Positions 9,044 through 16,867 of a DNA stretch of 23,312 nt are shown in pieces. The translations under genes were made by a program, and so were the position numbers. The notes under the pieces are model-generated. The model did no database searches. It worked only from the letters and a program-made list of their open reading frames with translations, and had not been told where the DNA came from. Numbering within the stretch: the stretch's first letter is position 1; the number at the start of each line of letters is the position of its first letter. Source of the DNA: Candidatus Eiseniibacteriota bacterium (GTDB taxonomy: Bacteria; Joyebacterota; Joyebacteria; Joyebacterales; Joyebacteraceae); assembly GCA_043819135.1 (NCBI GenBank), contig JBDRFG010000114.1, forward strand, positions 1 to 23,312. The letters are read 5' to 3'.

Positions 9044-9305
9044 CACTGCTTGCTGTCTCCGTTCATAGTGAGAGGTGCCCCGCTTCGCACGTGCTTGGAG
9101 GGGCCGCGGGAGGGCTTCGTGCTGCTTTCGTGCCGCTCGCACCTCGCCGCGCAGCCGGGGGAACCCCGACACGTGCCGGTCAGGTCCGACCTATCCACGC
9201 ACCGCCGCCCCGTGCCCCTTGGCAGCAGACGCGTTGCCCTGGCATCCTATCGAGTATCATCGTTCATCGCACGAATGAGCAGATTCCACTCACGGAGGTG
9301 ACCCC

Positions 9306-9550
9306 ATGCGCCGTCGCTCTCTTGTTCTACCGGTCTCTCTCGTGGTCCTTCTGGTCCTGGCGGCCATTGCCGCGGCCGACCTGTCCTTCGAGGCCCGCCG
9401 CGACTTCTACTGCGGGGAAGGCATCCTGTTGCCTGGGACGGTCGCGACTCCTCCGGCCGCCATCTTGCGTCCGGTGCCTACTTCGTGCGGCTGGATGTCG
9501 GTGGTGCGCACGTCTCGGAAAAATCGCTGCGTGTCAAGCAGCGACGCTGA
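9306..9550 (+). pseudogene. Relic of a secreted protein: signal peptide fused out of frame to a FlgD-Ig/T9SS-like C-terminal domain
   Basis: RBS GGAGGTG; MRRRSLVLPVSLVVLLVLAAIAAA-DLSFEARRDFYCGEG. A second frame from 9416 reads GRHPVAWDGRDSSGRHLASGAYFVRLDVGGAHVSEKSLRVK, stop 9548-9550. Confidence 0.78.
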
Positions 9551-9563
9551 ACCAAGAGAAGCG

Positions 9564-9592
9564 AGCCCCCTGATACCATCTGCAGGGGGGCT
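9564..9592. terminator. Hairpin between convergent genes
   Basis: AGCCCCCTG...CAGGGGGGCT (one bulge), weak U tails. Confidence 0.4.
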
Positions 9593-9638
9593 TCCTCAGG
9601 TTGGAGGTTCACTTCTCTGGCTCCGGGCCGACAGCCGC

Positions 9639-10325
9639 CTACTTCCTGAATCTTCTCCTGACTCCCGCCAGTCCGATCAGGCCGGTTCCGAGCATGAGCA
9701 TGGTGCTGGGCTCGGGTACCGGTGGCGGCGGCTCCAGGTCGGAGAAAAAGTTCAGCTGGAACGCCGAGTGGCTCGTGTGCCTTTCGGCGAAGAAAATGTC
9801 AATGTCGTGATTGCCCTCGGCTAGGTCAACGGCATAGCTGTCAAAGGTGATTGCGTGTATCCCGCCGAGGTCGAGGACGAGTTCGTTGTCGATGAACAGC
9901 CACGCGTCGTCGTCCGAGCCCATCGTGTAAGTGTACGCCTTGTCGTTGTCGACGTAGAACTGACCCGTCCAGTGAACTGCGAAGTGGAACGGATCACCGG
10001 GCAATCCGGTGTTCACGGGGAACCACGGGTGCACGAAGCCGCTCTGGAGATCGGCGTCGGAATCGTATCTCGAGAACGCCTGATAGCCCGGGCTCCACCA
10101 GTCGAACTGACTGATGCGCGTTGCGCCGTAGGCGGTCAGCGTGGGCGCGGAACCGGTGAGCGTCGACTCGACGAGCCCCGTGTCCCATCCCCCGATCGTT
10201 GCCTGCATGTCCGGGTGCTGCTCGCTCAGGTTGTAGTAGTAGCCCAGGAGACTGGCGTCGGCGTTGGCGGCCGGAATGCAGAGCACCAACGCCAGGGCCA
10301 TCACAAGCAAAGAGCTTCTCGGCAT
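9639..10325 (-). CDS. PEP-CTERM-anchored protein with PA14/fibro-slime domain
   Basis: Signal peptide MPRSSLLVMALALVLCIPAANADA behind GAGGAGG; SDDDAWLFIDNELVLDLGGIH and DIFFAERHTS motifs; C-terminus VPEPSTMLMLGTGLIGLAGVRRRFRK. Confidence 0.92.
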   Translation of the reverse strand: MPRSSLLVMALALVLCIPAANADASLLGYYYNLSEQHPDMQATIGGWDTGLVESTLTGSAPTLTAYGATRISQFDWWSPGYQAFSRYDSDADLQSGFVHPWFPVNTGLPGDPFHFAVHWTGQFYVDNDKAYTYTMGSDDDAWLFIDNELVLDLGGIHAITFDSYAVDLAEGNHDIDIFFAERHTSHSAFQLNFFSDLEPPPPVPEPSTMLMLGTGLIGLAGVRRRFRK

Positions 10326-10428
10326 CGTTGCCTCCTCTGTGCAGGTAGAACTCCTCGCCGTCCGCTCCCGCACACTCTGTGTCCCGTGTTGTACCCGGAG
10401 TGCGCGGGGAGCACCACGATCCACTACC

Positions 10429-10458
10429 AGAATACACCCCATCACCACCATGTGTCAA
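10429..10458 (-). promoter_or_regulatory. Sigma-70-type promoter for the PEP-CTERM gene
   Basis: Minus strand TTGACA-N18-TATTCT about 100 bp upstream of the ATG. Confidence 0.6.
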
Positions 10459-10733
10459 GACCGCATCGGCCGGGCCGTCCTCCCCGGCAGCGGCATAGTG
10501 GCAGAAGTGGCATCATCGGCGTGCACGAAGGACGCACGAGAATTTCGCCATTTGCGGCGTGGGGAGGCCTGCGGGAGGCGTTTCTGCGCAGGAGCTGCAC
10601 AGCTCGGCTGGTGACACGCCGGATGGCTCCGCCGAGCGCCTCCTGGAGGCCTCAGAGGGCGCGGAAACGATGATTCCCTGTGGTCCGACATAACTCATCT
10701 TGCGCGGTAGAGAACTCGGAGACACGCCCGGTG

Positions 10734-10749
10734 TGGCACACTCCATGCT
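10734..10749 (+). promoter_or_regulatory. Sigma-54 (-24/-12) promoter candidate for the minor-pilin cassette
   Basis: TGGCAC-ACTCC-ATGCT with exact GG-N10-GC spacing, about 100 bp upstream of 10852. Confidence 0.55.
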
Positions 10750-10851
10750 CATTGGCAAGGTAGAGATATGTCAAGGAACCGTGCCGCTGTGGAGCACTCC
10801 CGGTTGGCTCTCGGAGGGTAGTCGGTCCTGCCTCTCGGGGAGGGTACGAGC

Positions 10852-12249
10852 ATGCTGACGAGAAACGAGCTTGTGGTGGGGCAGTCCGGTTCGACTCTTG
10901 CGATCGTAGTAATCCTCTCGTTCGTAATGCTCGTGACCATCGCGGCAGTGTTCGAGCTGGGTGTTCAGGACGCGGGGCTGGCGGCGAGGAACGAGGACAG
11001 CATACAGGCTCTCTTCCTTGCGGAAGGCGGCCTGTCAGAGGGTGTGACCTGGCTCAAGGTACAGAGCATCCCGCCCTCCGGCGTGAGTGCCATCGAGCCG
11101 TTCGGCGCGTCGCCGGACACGCTCGGTGCGGGCAACTACTACGTGACCATCCAGCCGGACATGGGGAATCCAGGCAGGTCTCAGAAGATGTACACGATCA
11201 GTTCGACCGGCAACATGGATTCGAAATCGAGGACTCTGACGCGCGATGTCACGACGCAGTCATTCGCGCAGTTCATCTACTTCACCGACCTTGAGTGCAT
11301 GGCTGGGACCGGCACGCCGATCTGGTTCATGTCTCACGATTACCTCGACGGGCCCATGCACTCTAACGGGCACATCCACATTATGGGCAACCCGTACTTT
11401 GGGGGGCATCTGACGAGCGCGTGGGGCGGTCCCGGTGACGCCGATCCGTCTCATAACCCAACCTTCGTGTACCACAACAACGGGTGGGGCTACGTCGAGT
11501 CGTCCGCCCCGAACAACGACCCCCACGACCACGCGACGTTCCACGGCGGATACGAGCTGGGTTCCACCTACATCGAGCTGCCCGATTGCCTCGACGATCT
11601 CAAAGCGATGTCTCAGAGCGGTGGCCTCTACCTGAACGGCAACTACCAGGTTCAGTTCAGCCGCGTGGTGGACGGAAGCCCCATGTGGGGTACGTTGAGC
11701 TACAAGCCGTTCCAAGGCGGCAGCTGGGTCGACGTCTCTCTGAGTTCCATCAACGGCGCGGTCTACGTCGACGGGCTGAGCAGGGTTTGGGGCACGTTGG
11801 ACGGGGTCGTTACAGTCGCTTCATCCGGCAACATGTCCATCATGAACGACCTGGTCTATCGTGACGCCGATCCGGTCAACGGTCCCAACCCGGGCTGTGA
11901 CGACATTCTCGGGCTGGTGTCCGAGTCCAACATTATCGTCGACGACAACTCGGCCAACAGGAACGACTGCAACATTCACGCGCACATGATGGCTCTGGAC
12001 ACGTCGTTTACGGTGGAGAACTACTCAGGCGGAGGAGCGCGAGGGACTCTGACGGTCCACGGTGGGATCGTCCAGGAGTACCGTGGCCCCGTGGGGACCG
12101 GATACGTCCAGAACGGCCAAGTGCATGTCAACTCCGGATACGCCAAGAACTACCACTACGACTCGAGGTTCTACGATGTTTCGCCTCCGGGCTACCTTTC
12201 CACGGGCACCTACGCTCTCCTCGCCTGGCAGGAGGTGTCCTGTGACTAG
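10852..12249 (+). CDS. PilX-like N-terminus plus DUF4900-like domain (large minor pilin / putative pilus tip protein), copy 1
   Basis: QSG|STLAIVVILSFVML hydrophobic helix, QALFLAEGG PilX motif, FAQFIYFTD..IWF...D.LDGPMHSNG, DDILGLVSE, GTLTVHGGIVQ, GYAKNYHYD. Confidence 0.82.
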   Translation: MLTRNELVVGQSGSTLAIVVILSFVMLVTIAAVFELGVQDAGLAARNEDSIQALFLAEGGLSEGVTWLKVQSIPPSGVSAIEPFGASPDTLGAGNYYVTIQPDMGNPGRSQKMYTISSTGNMDSKSRTLTRDVTTQSFAQFIYFTDLECMAGTGTPIWFMSHDYLDGPMHSNGHIHIMGNPYFGGHLTSAWGGPGDADPSHNPTFVYHNNGWGYVESSAPNNDPHDHATFHGGYELGSTYIELPDCLDDLKAMSQSGGLYLNGNYQVQFSRVVDGSPMWGTLSYKPFQGGSWVDVSLSSINGAVYVDGLSRVWGTLDGVVTVASSGNMSIMNDLVYRDADPVNGPNPGCDDILGLVSESNIIVDDNSANRNDCNIHAHMMALDTSFTVENYSGGGARGTLTVHGGIVQEYRGPVGTGYVQNGQVHVNSGYAKNYHYDSRFYDVSPPGYLSTGTYALLAWQEVSCD

Positions 12250-12796
12250 TGTCTTCGAAGCCATCCGGGCGCGGTTCGGCAGTGTGTCCCGGAAAGGGCT
12301 CAGGCGGCGTCTCAGGAACGAGCGTGGGATAACGATGCCCGACATCATCATTGCCATGGCGGTTTCGAGTCTCGTCATCGCAGCTGGGGTCACCTTCTAC
12401 ATGGGTGTCCTCAGGTCGAGCCGGGGAACCACCAGCCTGGCCGGCCTTCAGCGCGACGCCGCGTTTGGCATGGAGATCATCACGCGCGATATCAGAGAAG
12501 GCAGCAGCGTCACCGTTGTCCCGGGCAGCGTTGCCGGGAGCGACTCGCTCAGCATCTACTACCAGGTGGGCGGCGTTGATTCGCTGCTGGAACGCTACTA
12601 CATCGACGCACAGGGCAGGCTCACCAATCGATCCGGCACGGCGCTGGTGTCGAACGCGGATTCGCTGCGCGTCACGCATGCCGGCAACATGGTCAACGTG
12701 GAGCTCTACCTGCGCGACTCGATGGGATCTCCCCAGAGCGTAAGTGATGACCAGACCCTGCAGATGGTCGGCACCGCTGCGTGCAGGAACAACTAG
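12242..12796 (+). CDS. PilW-like minor pilin (class III signal peptide)
   Basis: GTG 12242 behind AGGAGG, overlapping the upstream stop; RNERG|ITMPDIIIAMAVSSLVIAAGVTFY, LQRDA...MEIITRDIREG. Confidence 0.8.
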   Translation: MTSVFEAIRARFGSVSRKGLRRRLRNERGITMPDIIIAMAVSSLVIAAGVTFYMGVLRSSRGTTSLAGLQRDAAFGMEIITRDIREGSSVTVVPGSVAGSDSLSIYYQVGGVDSLLERYYIDAQGRLTNRSGTALVSNADSLRVTHAGNMVNVELYLRDSMGSPQSVSDDQTLQMVGTAACRNN

Positions 12797-12816
12797 TCGA
12801 TTCGAGAGGTATCACA

Positions 12817-13359
12817 ATGAAACAGACTCAGAGCACCTCGTCCGGACGGGGTTACCAGAGCTGGCGAGCCAGATGCCTTTCGGGTGTGGGACGTCTTTGG
12901 GGCCCCCTCGGGAACAACTCGGGTCTGACGATGATCGAGATTCTGGTGTCGATCATCGTGCTGGCCGTTCTTGTCGTTCCTCTGGCGGATTCGCTCGTCG
13001 TGGGTAGGACGTTCACCGCGCATCGCGGCGAGAAGAGGATGGCTTTGCGTCTGGTCGAGCGAAAGGCTGAGCAGTTGATGGCTGCCGGCTACGCATCCGC
13101 GGGCCCCGACAACAACATCCTCAGCACGAACATGGCCGTTGGCGCTCACCCGATCTCCCCGAGCATAGTCGTCAACACCAGAGGTGACACGGACAACTCC
13201 AACGACGTCTTCGGCGACCTGAACTGGTACGTCTCCCGTGACGCCTACGCCGCGGGCAGCGACAGCGTTCGGAGGAAGATCGTCGAGATCCGCCTGCGCT
13301 GGCCTTCGGGGGCTCCTCGCGACAGTGTTTCGGTCATGACCCTGGTCGGCAGCGGGTAG
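12817..13359 (+). CDS. PilV-like minor pilin (class III signal peptide)
   Basis: ATG behind GAGAGGT; NNSG|LTMIEILVSIIVLAVLVVPL, ALRLVERKAEQL, KIVEIRLRW. Confidence 0.82.
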   Translation: MKQTQSTSSGRGYQSWRARCLSGVGRLWGPLGNNSGLTMIEILVSIIVLAVLVVPLADSLVVGRTFTAHRGEKRMALRLVERKAEQLMAAGYASAGPDNNILSTNMAVGAHPISPSIVVNTRGDTDNSNDVFGDLNWYVSRDAYAAGSDSVRRKIVEIRLRWPSGAPRDSVSVMTLVGSG

Positions 13360-13424
13360 CCTCCGCTCTCTGACGTGGCCCGTTCTGCGGGGTCTGCAAG
13401 AAGAGTAGTCGAGAGATAGCGAAA

Positions 13425-13459
13425 GCGATGACCCGGCCGGAGACGGCCGGGTCGTTCGC
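13425..13459. terminator. GC hairpin with GAGA tetraloop between convergent genes
   Basis: GACCCGGCCG-gaga-CGGCCGGGTC with imperfect extension; no long U tract. Confidence 0.5.
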
Positions 13460-13498
13460 GTAATGGCACCGCAGTCGGGGGGCCGTGGGGTATGACGA

Positions 13499-13544
13499 CG
13501 GGCGCTTGCGCCCGACGCCAGCCGAACCCGTTGCCTGACCACCA
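13499..13544 (+). repeat. Degenerate partial copy of the tRNA-linked repeat end
   Basis: TGCGCCCGACGCCAGCC at 13507-13523 is identical to 7661-7677; it is preceded by CGGGCGC and followed by gaaCCCGTTG..ACCA, versus aatCCCGTTG..GCCA in unit 1. Confidence 0.65.
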
Positions 13545-13570
13545 CGACCTCGACTGCTGCTCGCGGCAAT

Positions 13571-14632
13571 CTACAGCAGCGACCGGTCCACAAGGAAATT
13601 GTGCAGTAGCTTAGCCGCTAGTTGATGCCCCTCGACATTCCAGTGGCCGTCGCGAGGGTAGAAGAGCTCCTCGTATCGCCCCGTCTCAGAGAACCCAGGT
13701 CGGAGATCGAGGCAGGGTATGCCTTGTTCAACGAGGTGACTGACCAAGCGCGCCTTCTGGTCTTCCTGCTCACGTGTTCCCGGTGGCGGAGGGATCAGCA
13801 TCACGACGGGTCGGCAGCTATGTTCTGCGCAGACATCACGGAACTCAGAGAGCAGCCGACATGTCAGTTCCTCGGATCGCCTGCTGCGATCGCCGTCGGG
13901 GTCGGCAGATGACCGCTCATCGTTTGTCGTGAGCTGCTGGTGGTGCATGGCCGTGACTCTGAACTTCAGCAGGTTCAACAGGTGCGATCGCGCGAACAGG
14001 GTGTTGTAGCCCGGGATCCAGCGCGTGTAGAGCTGGATCTTGCGAGCACCTGTCCGGGGAGCGCGGTGCTTGACGAGCGCGCCGTCCTCGAGGGCGTACA
14101 GCCCCGAGATTGCGTTGTCCCAGAGGTCATTCATCATGAAGAAGCCCAGGATGACGACATCGGGTTCGTACCTGTGTCCCTCGGTCGCGAAATAGGCTAA
14201 CTGGTGTGCGGTGCCGGTGCTCCCGATGCCTGCGTTGATGATCTCCCATCGGTTGCCCGAGCCGTCCGCGGCCGTCAGCACTTGCTCCAGGACTTTCGGA
14301 TAGGCCTCATCTGCCTGCACGCCGTATCCGCAGACGAACGAATCGCCAAGGCAGAGGATCCTCCGAGCCCCGGGAAGCCTCCCGTAAGGGAACTCCCGGT
14401 CCCGGAGCCCCTTTGAGTTGATGATGAGATCGATCTCGTATTCGGGGCAGATCGCGAAGCCGCGAGCACCGGGGACCTGCCGCGTCCCCACCTGTGGATC
14501 CCACGTGTTGACCGTGACCACGAAGACCTTCTGTGGCCTCAGAACCCGGGTGGCGAGTTCGAGGCCGACGAGTACGAACACGAGGGACGCGATTACCGTA
14601 CCGATGCGGCCCAGCGTTCTCTTGACCCTCAT
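13571..14632 (-). CDS. Membrane-anchored SGNH/GDSL hydrolase family protein
   Basis: N-terminal TM ending ELATR, INSKGLRD, block I LGDSFVCGYGV, NAGIGS, MND, block V DGHWN. Confidence 0.9.
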   Translation of the reverse strand: MRVKRTLGRIGTVIASLVFVLVGLELATRVLRPQKVFVVTVNTWDPQVGTRQVPGARGFAICPEYEIDLIINSKGLRDREFPYGRLPGARRILCLGDSFVCGYGVQADEAYPKVLEQVLTAADGSGNRWEIINAGIGSTGTAHQLAYFATEGHRYEPDVVILGFFMMNDLWDNAISGLYALEDGALVKHRAPRTGARKIQLYTRWIPGYNTLFARSHLLNLLKFRVTAMHHQQLTTNDERSSADPDGDRSRRSEELTCRLLSEFRDVCAEHSCRPVVMLIPPPPGTREQEDQKARLVSHLVEQGIPCLDLRPGFSETGRYEELFYPRDGHWNVEGHQLAAKLLHNFLVDRSLL

Positions 14633-14678
14633 CGCGAATCCTCCGCTCCGCTAGGATAGCGGTGACGCAGACTGTTCA

Positions 14679-14707
14679 ATTGTAGGAGCCCACTATGTGG
14701 TGGTCAA
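14679..14707 (-). promoter_or_regulatory. Sigma-70 promoter for the minus-strand SGNH gene
   Basis: Minus strand TTGACC-N17-TACAAT. Confidence 0.65.
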
Positions 14708-14807
14708 GCCCCCTCGCCAGGCCAGTTCCGCTAGCGGCGGCTCACTTCGGCGAGCCACATCTCCGTCTCGCTCCGGCTCACCGTCGCTCGGGACGCCAGC
14801 GTCCTGG

Positions 14808-14835
14808 TTGACCGTCAGTTGCGAAGTGGTATGCT
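14808..14835 (+). promoter_or_regulatory. Sigma-70 promoter for the plus-strand SGNH gene
   Basis: TTGACC-N16-TATGCT with extended -10 TGn. Confidence 0.5.
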
Positions 14836-14971
14836 TGGTCCGACACGCGCAGCAACTAGGCGTGCGGAGTCCACACGCATCCCGGAGCTGGCCGCCAGGC
14901 CATCAACCGAACCGCTTCGTGTGCGGTCGAGAGGCCATTCGCCAGGAAGCGGGCAAACACACTGGTGATCC

Positions 14972-16288
14972 ATGACTATTCGAGGATTCGCAGCGAACCT
15001 CAGTCTGACCATTTTCTCGGTGGTGCTCGCCCTTGTCGCCAGTGAGGTGCTGCTCCGTGTGGCGTGGCCCATCTCCCAAGCGACGGATCTCCGGGGCTTG
15101 GTGACTCCGGATGCGGAGTTTGGGCACCGGCTCGTCCCGAATTCCTCCAAGATCGTCAGCGGGCTCATGGATGACTTCACCACCAGCATAGAGATCAATG
15201 CTCACGGTTTCAGGTCGCCTGACTACAGCGTCGAGCGCGAGCGTGGCGCCTACAGAATTGCTCTGTTTGGGGACTCGGAGGTGTTCGGCATCGGCGTGGA
15301 CGAGCCGGACATGCTTGACGCGAGGATGGAGGCGCTGCTGAATCAGGATGCGACGGTCAAATGTGAAGTGCTCAACTTCGGGATCCCCGCGATAGGCACC
15401 GTCGTTCAGGGGAAGATCTTCGAGGAGATCGCTATGGATTGGGAGCCGGACGCAGCCGTCTTCATCGTGACGGTCTCGAATGACCTCATCGATGACGTCC
15501 GGTTTGCCAGAGCCTCAGCCGGGCGCGATGCCCCGGCGAGTGGCGAGAAGAAACCGGCAAGAGTGTGGAACAAATGGAAGGAGCTTGAGCTGTATCGTTT
15601 CGCGCGTCTCAGACTCCTGCCTCACCTGCCGTCGTTTCTCATACCGCCTGCCAGCTGGGTCGGCGATGTTCCGCCATCGGTGGCCGCGTGGTACACGAAC
15701 GCTGACCTTGATGGTCGTTTCGCGGTCATGACCGACGGGCTGTCGCACGCCAAGAGCGTGTGCGACCAGAATGGCATTGACATGTACCTGGCCTGCATCC
15801 CCGCGAGATTTCAGGTCGATCCTCGCACGATGCGGGTATTGAGGGGCTCTTCCGATCGAGAGCTCCTGGAGGTCATGGAGTCGGACTGGAACAGGCCGCA
15901 GAGGATGATCGGCTCATTCGCGGTCGAAGCCGGCATATTCTACGTTGAGACACTCGACGACTTCGGAGAACTCGCGGGTGAGCAAGGTGTGCGGCTGAAG
16001 CACCCGAACGACGGCCACCTCAACGCCAGAGGCACTCTCGAACTCGCGAGGCTCCTTGTCGACGCGATCCGGGAGAAACAGACGGAAGTGTCCAGTGTGC
16101 GCTCACGTTCCTGGGAGGACGGTCAACACGCTTCCCGGCCTCTAGAACAGAGCGTAGATGAAGGGAGCAAGAGCAGAGCCTTCCGTAAGGACCAGCAGTG
16201 CGCCGATCAATCCCAACAGCACAACCACCGGAAGCAACCACCACTTCTTCCGCACTCGCAGGAAGTTCCAGATCTCCTTGAGTGTTGA
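14972..16288 (+). CDS. Membrane-anchored SGNH/GDSL hydrolase family protein; its C-terminal tail overlaps the convergent DUF5989 gene
   Basis: N-terminal TM ending EVLLR, INAHGFR, FGDSEVFGIGV, NFGIP, SNDLIDD, DGHLN. The domain ends near 16080 but the frame stays open to 16288. Confidence 0.87.
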   Translation: MTIRGFAANLSLTIFSVVLALVASEVLLRVAWPISQATDLRGLVTPDAEFGHRLVPNSSKIVSGLMDDFTTSIEINAHGFRSPDYSVERERGAYRIALFGDSEVFGIGVDEPDMLDARMEALLNQDATVKCEVLNFGIPAIGTVVQGKIFEEIAMDWEPDAAVFIVTVSNDLIDDVRFARASAGRDAPASGEKKPARVWNKWKELELYRFARLRLLPHLPSFLIPPASWVGDVPPSVAAWYTNADLDGRFAVMTDGLSHAKSVCDQNGIDMYLACIPARFQVDPRTMRVLRGSSDRELLEVMESDWNRPQRMIGSFAVEAGIFYVETLDDFGELAGEQGVRLKHPNDGHLNARGTLELARLLVDAIREKQTEVSSVRSRSWEDGQHASRPLEQSVDEGSKSRAFRKDQQCADQSQQHNHRKQPPLLPHSQEVPDLLEC

Positions 16289-16300
16289 ACTCTTGCCCAT
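16142..16300 (-). CDS. DUF5989 (SxtK-like) small membrane protein, 52 aa, absent from the ORF track
   Basis: Hand translation MGKSSTLKEIWNFLRVRKKWWLLPVVVLLGLIGALLVLTEGSALAPFIYALF; hallmark RKKWWLLP and APFIY.LF; RBS GGAGG. Confidence 0.93.
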   Translation of the reverse strand: MGKSSTLKEIWNFLRVRKKWWLLPVVVLLGLIGALLVLTEGSALAPFIYALF

Positions 16301-16370
16301 CCGCTCCTCCCTGGAGTCCCGTGGCTGACGGCTCCGTCTGATCGTGGCCGACGGCTCCGTTGGTCACCGG

Positions 16371-16814
16371 CTAGAACTGACTCTCGTACCTCTCCTTGCC
16401 GCGGTCCGGCGGAGTCCTCTTCTCCCAGTAGCTCTTCCTGTCGGGTTCGAACCGGAGGTCGAGGAAGCGCTTGCCCGTCAGCCTTGCGATGACAGCTATC
16501 GGCGTGACGCCCACGTAGAACACAATGACCAGGAGCACCCGCGTCATCACCCAGCCGAGGATGAAGGCAAGCGTCATCCACGCCCGCTGGATCGGTCTGA
16601 GCGCCTTCGGCTCGATCACAGCGAGCAGCAGGAGCGCGGCCGCGACGATGAAGAGGTAGGGGGCTATCGGCTTCCCGCGCCAGAGGAACAGACCACCGAA
16701 GGCCGCGAGAGCGATTCCCATGGTCAGGCCGAACTTGCGGAGGCTCCCGGGGTCGTCCTTGACCGCCCGGACCTCCTCCAGGATGATCGCGAACCAGCTC
16801 ATTTGCTCTGCCAA
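16371..16814 (-). CDS. SxtJ family membrane protein
   Basis: LRKFGLTMG, two TM helices, P.ALRP..RAWM.LA..LGWVMTRVLL..VFY...TPI, SYW, ESQF end. TTG 16814 lies behind GGAGG; alternative ATG 16802. Confidence 0.88.
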   Translation of the reverse strand: MAEQMSWFAIILEEVRAVKDDPGSLRKFGLTMGIALAAFGGLFLWRGKPIAPYLFIVAAALLLLAVIEPKALRPIQRAWMTLAFILGWVMTRVLLVIVFYVGVTPIAVIARLTGKRFLDLRFEPDRKSYWEKRTPPDRGKERYESQF

Positions 16815-16867
16815 GATCCTGATCCTCCATCGAGTTCCCACCGGAGTCCGGCGGAAACCGCGAGCGT

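Noticed and set aside
9306..9824. 172-aa ORF as an intact secreted protein
   Set aside because: After about 38 residues the recognisable sequence moves to another frame, and the rest runs through a hairpin and antisense into the PEP-CTERM gene.
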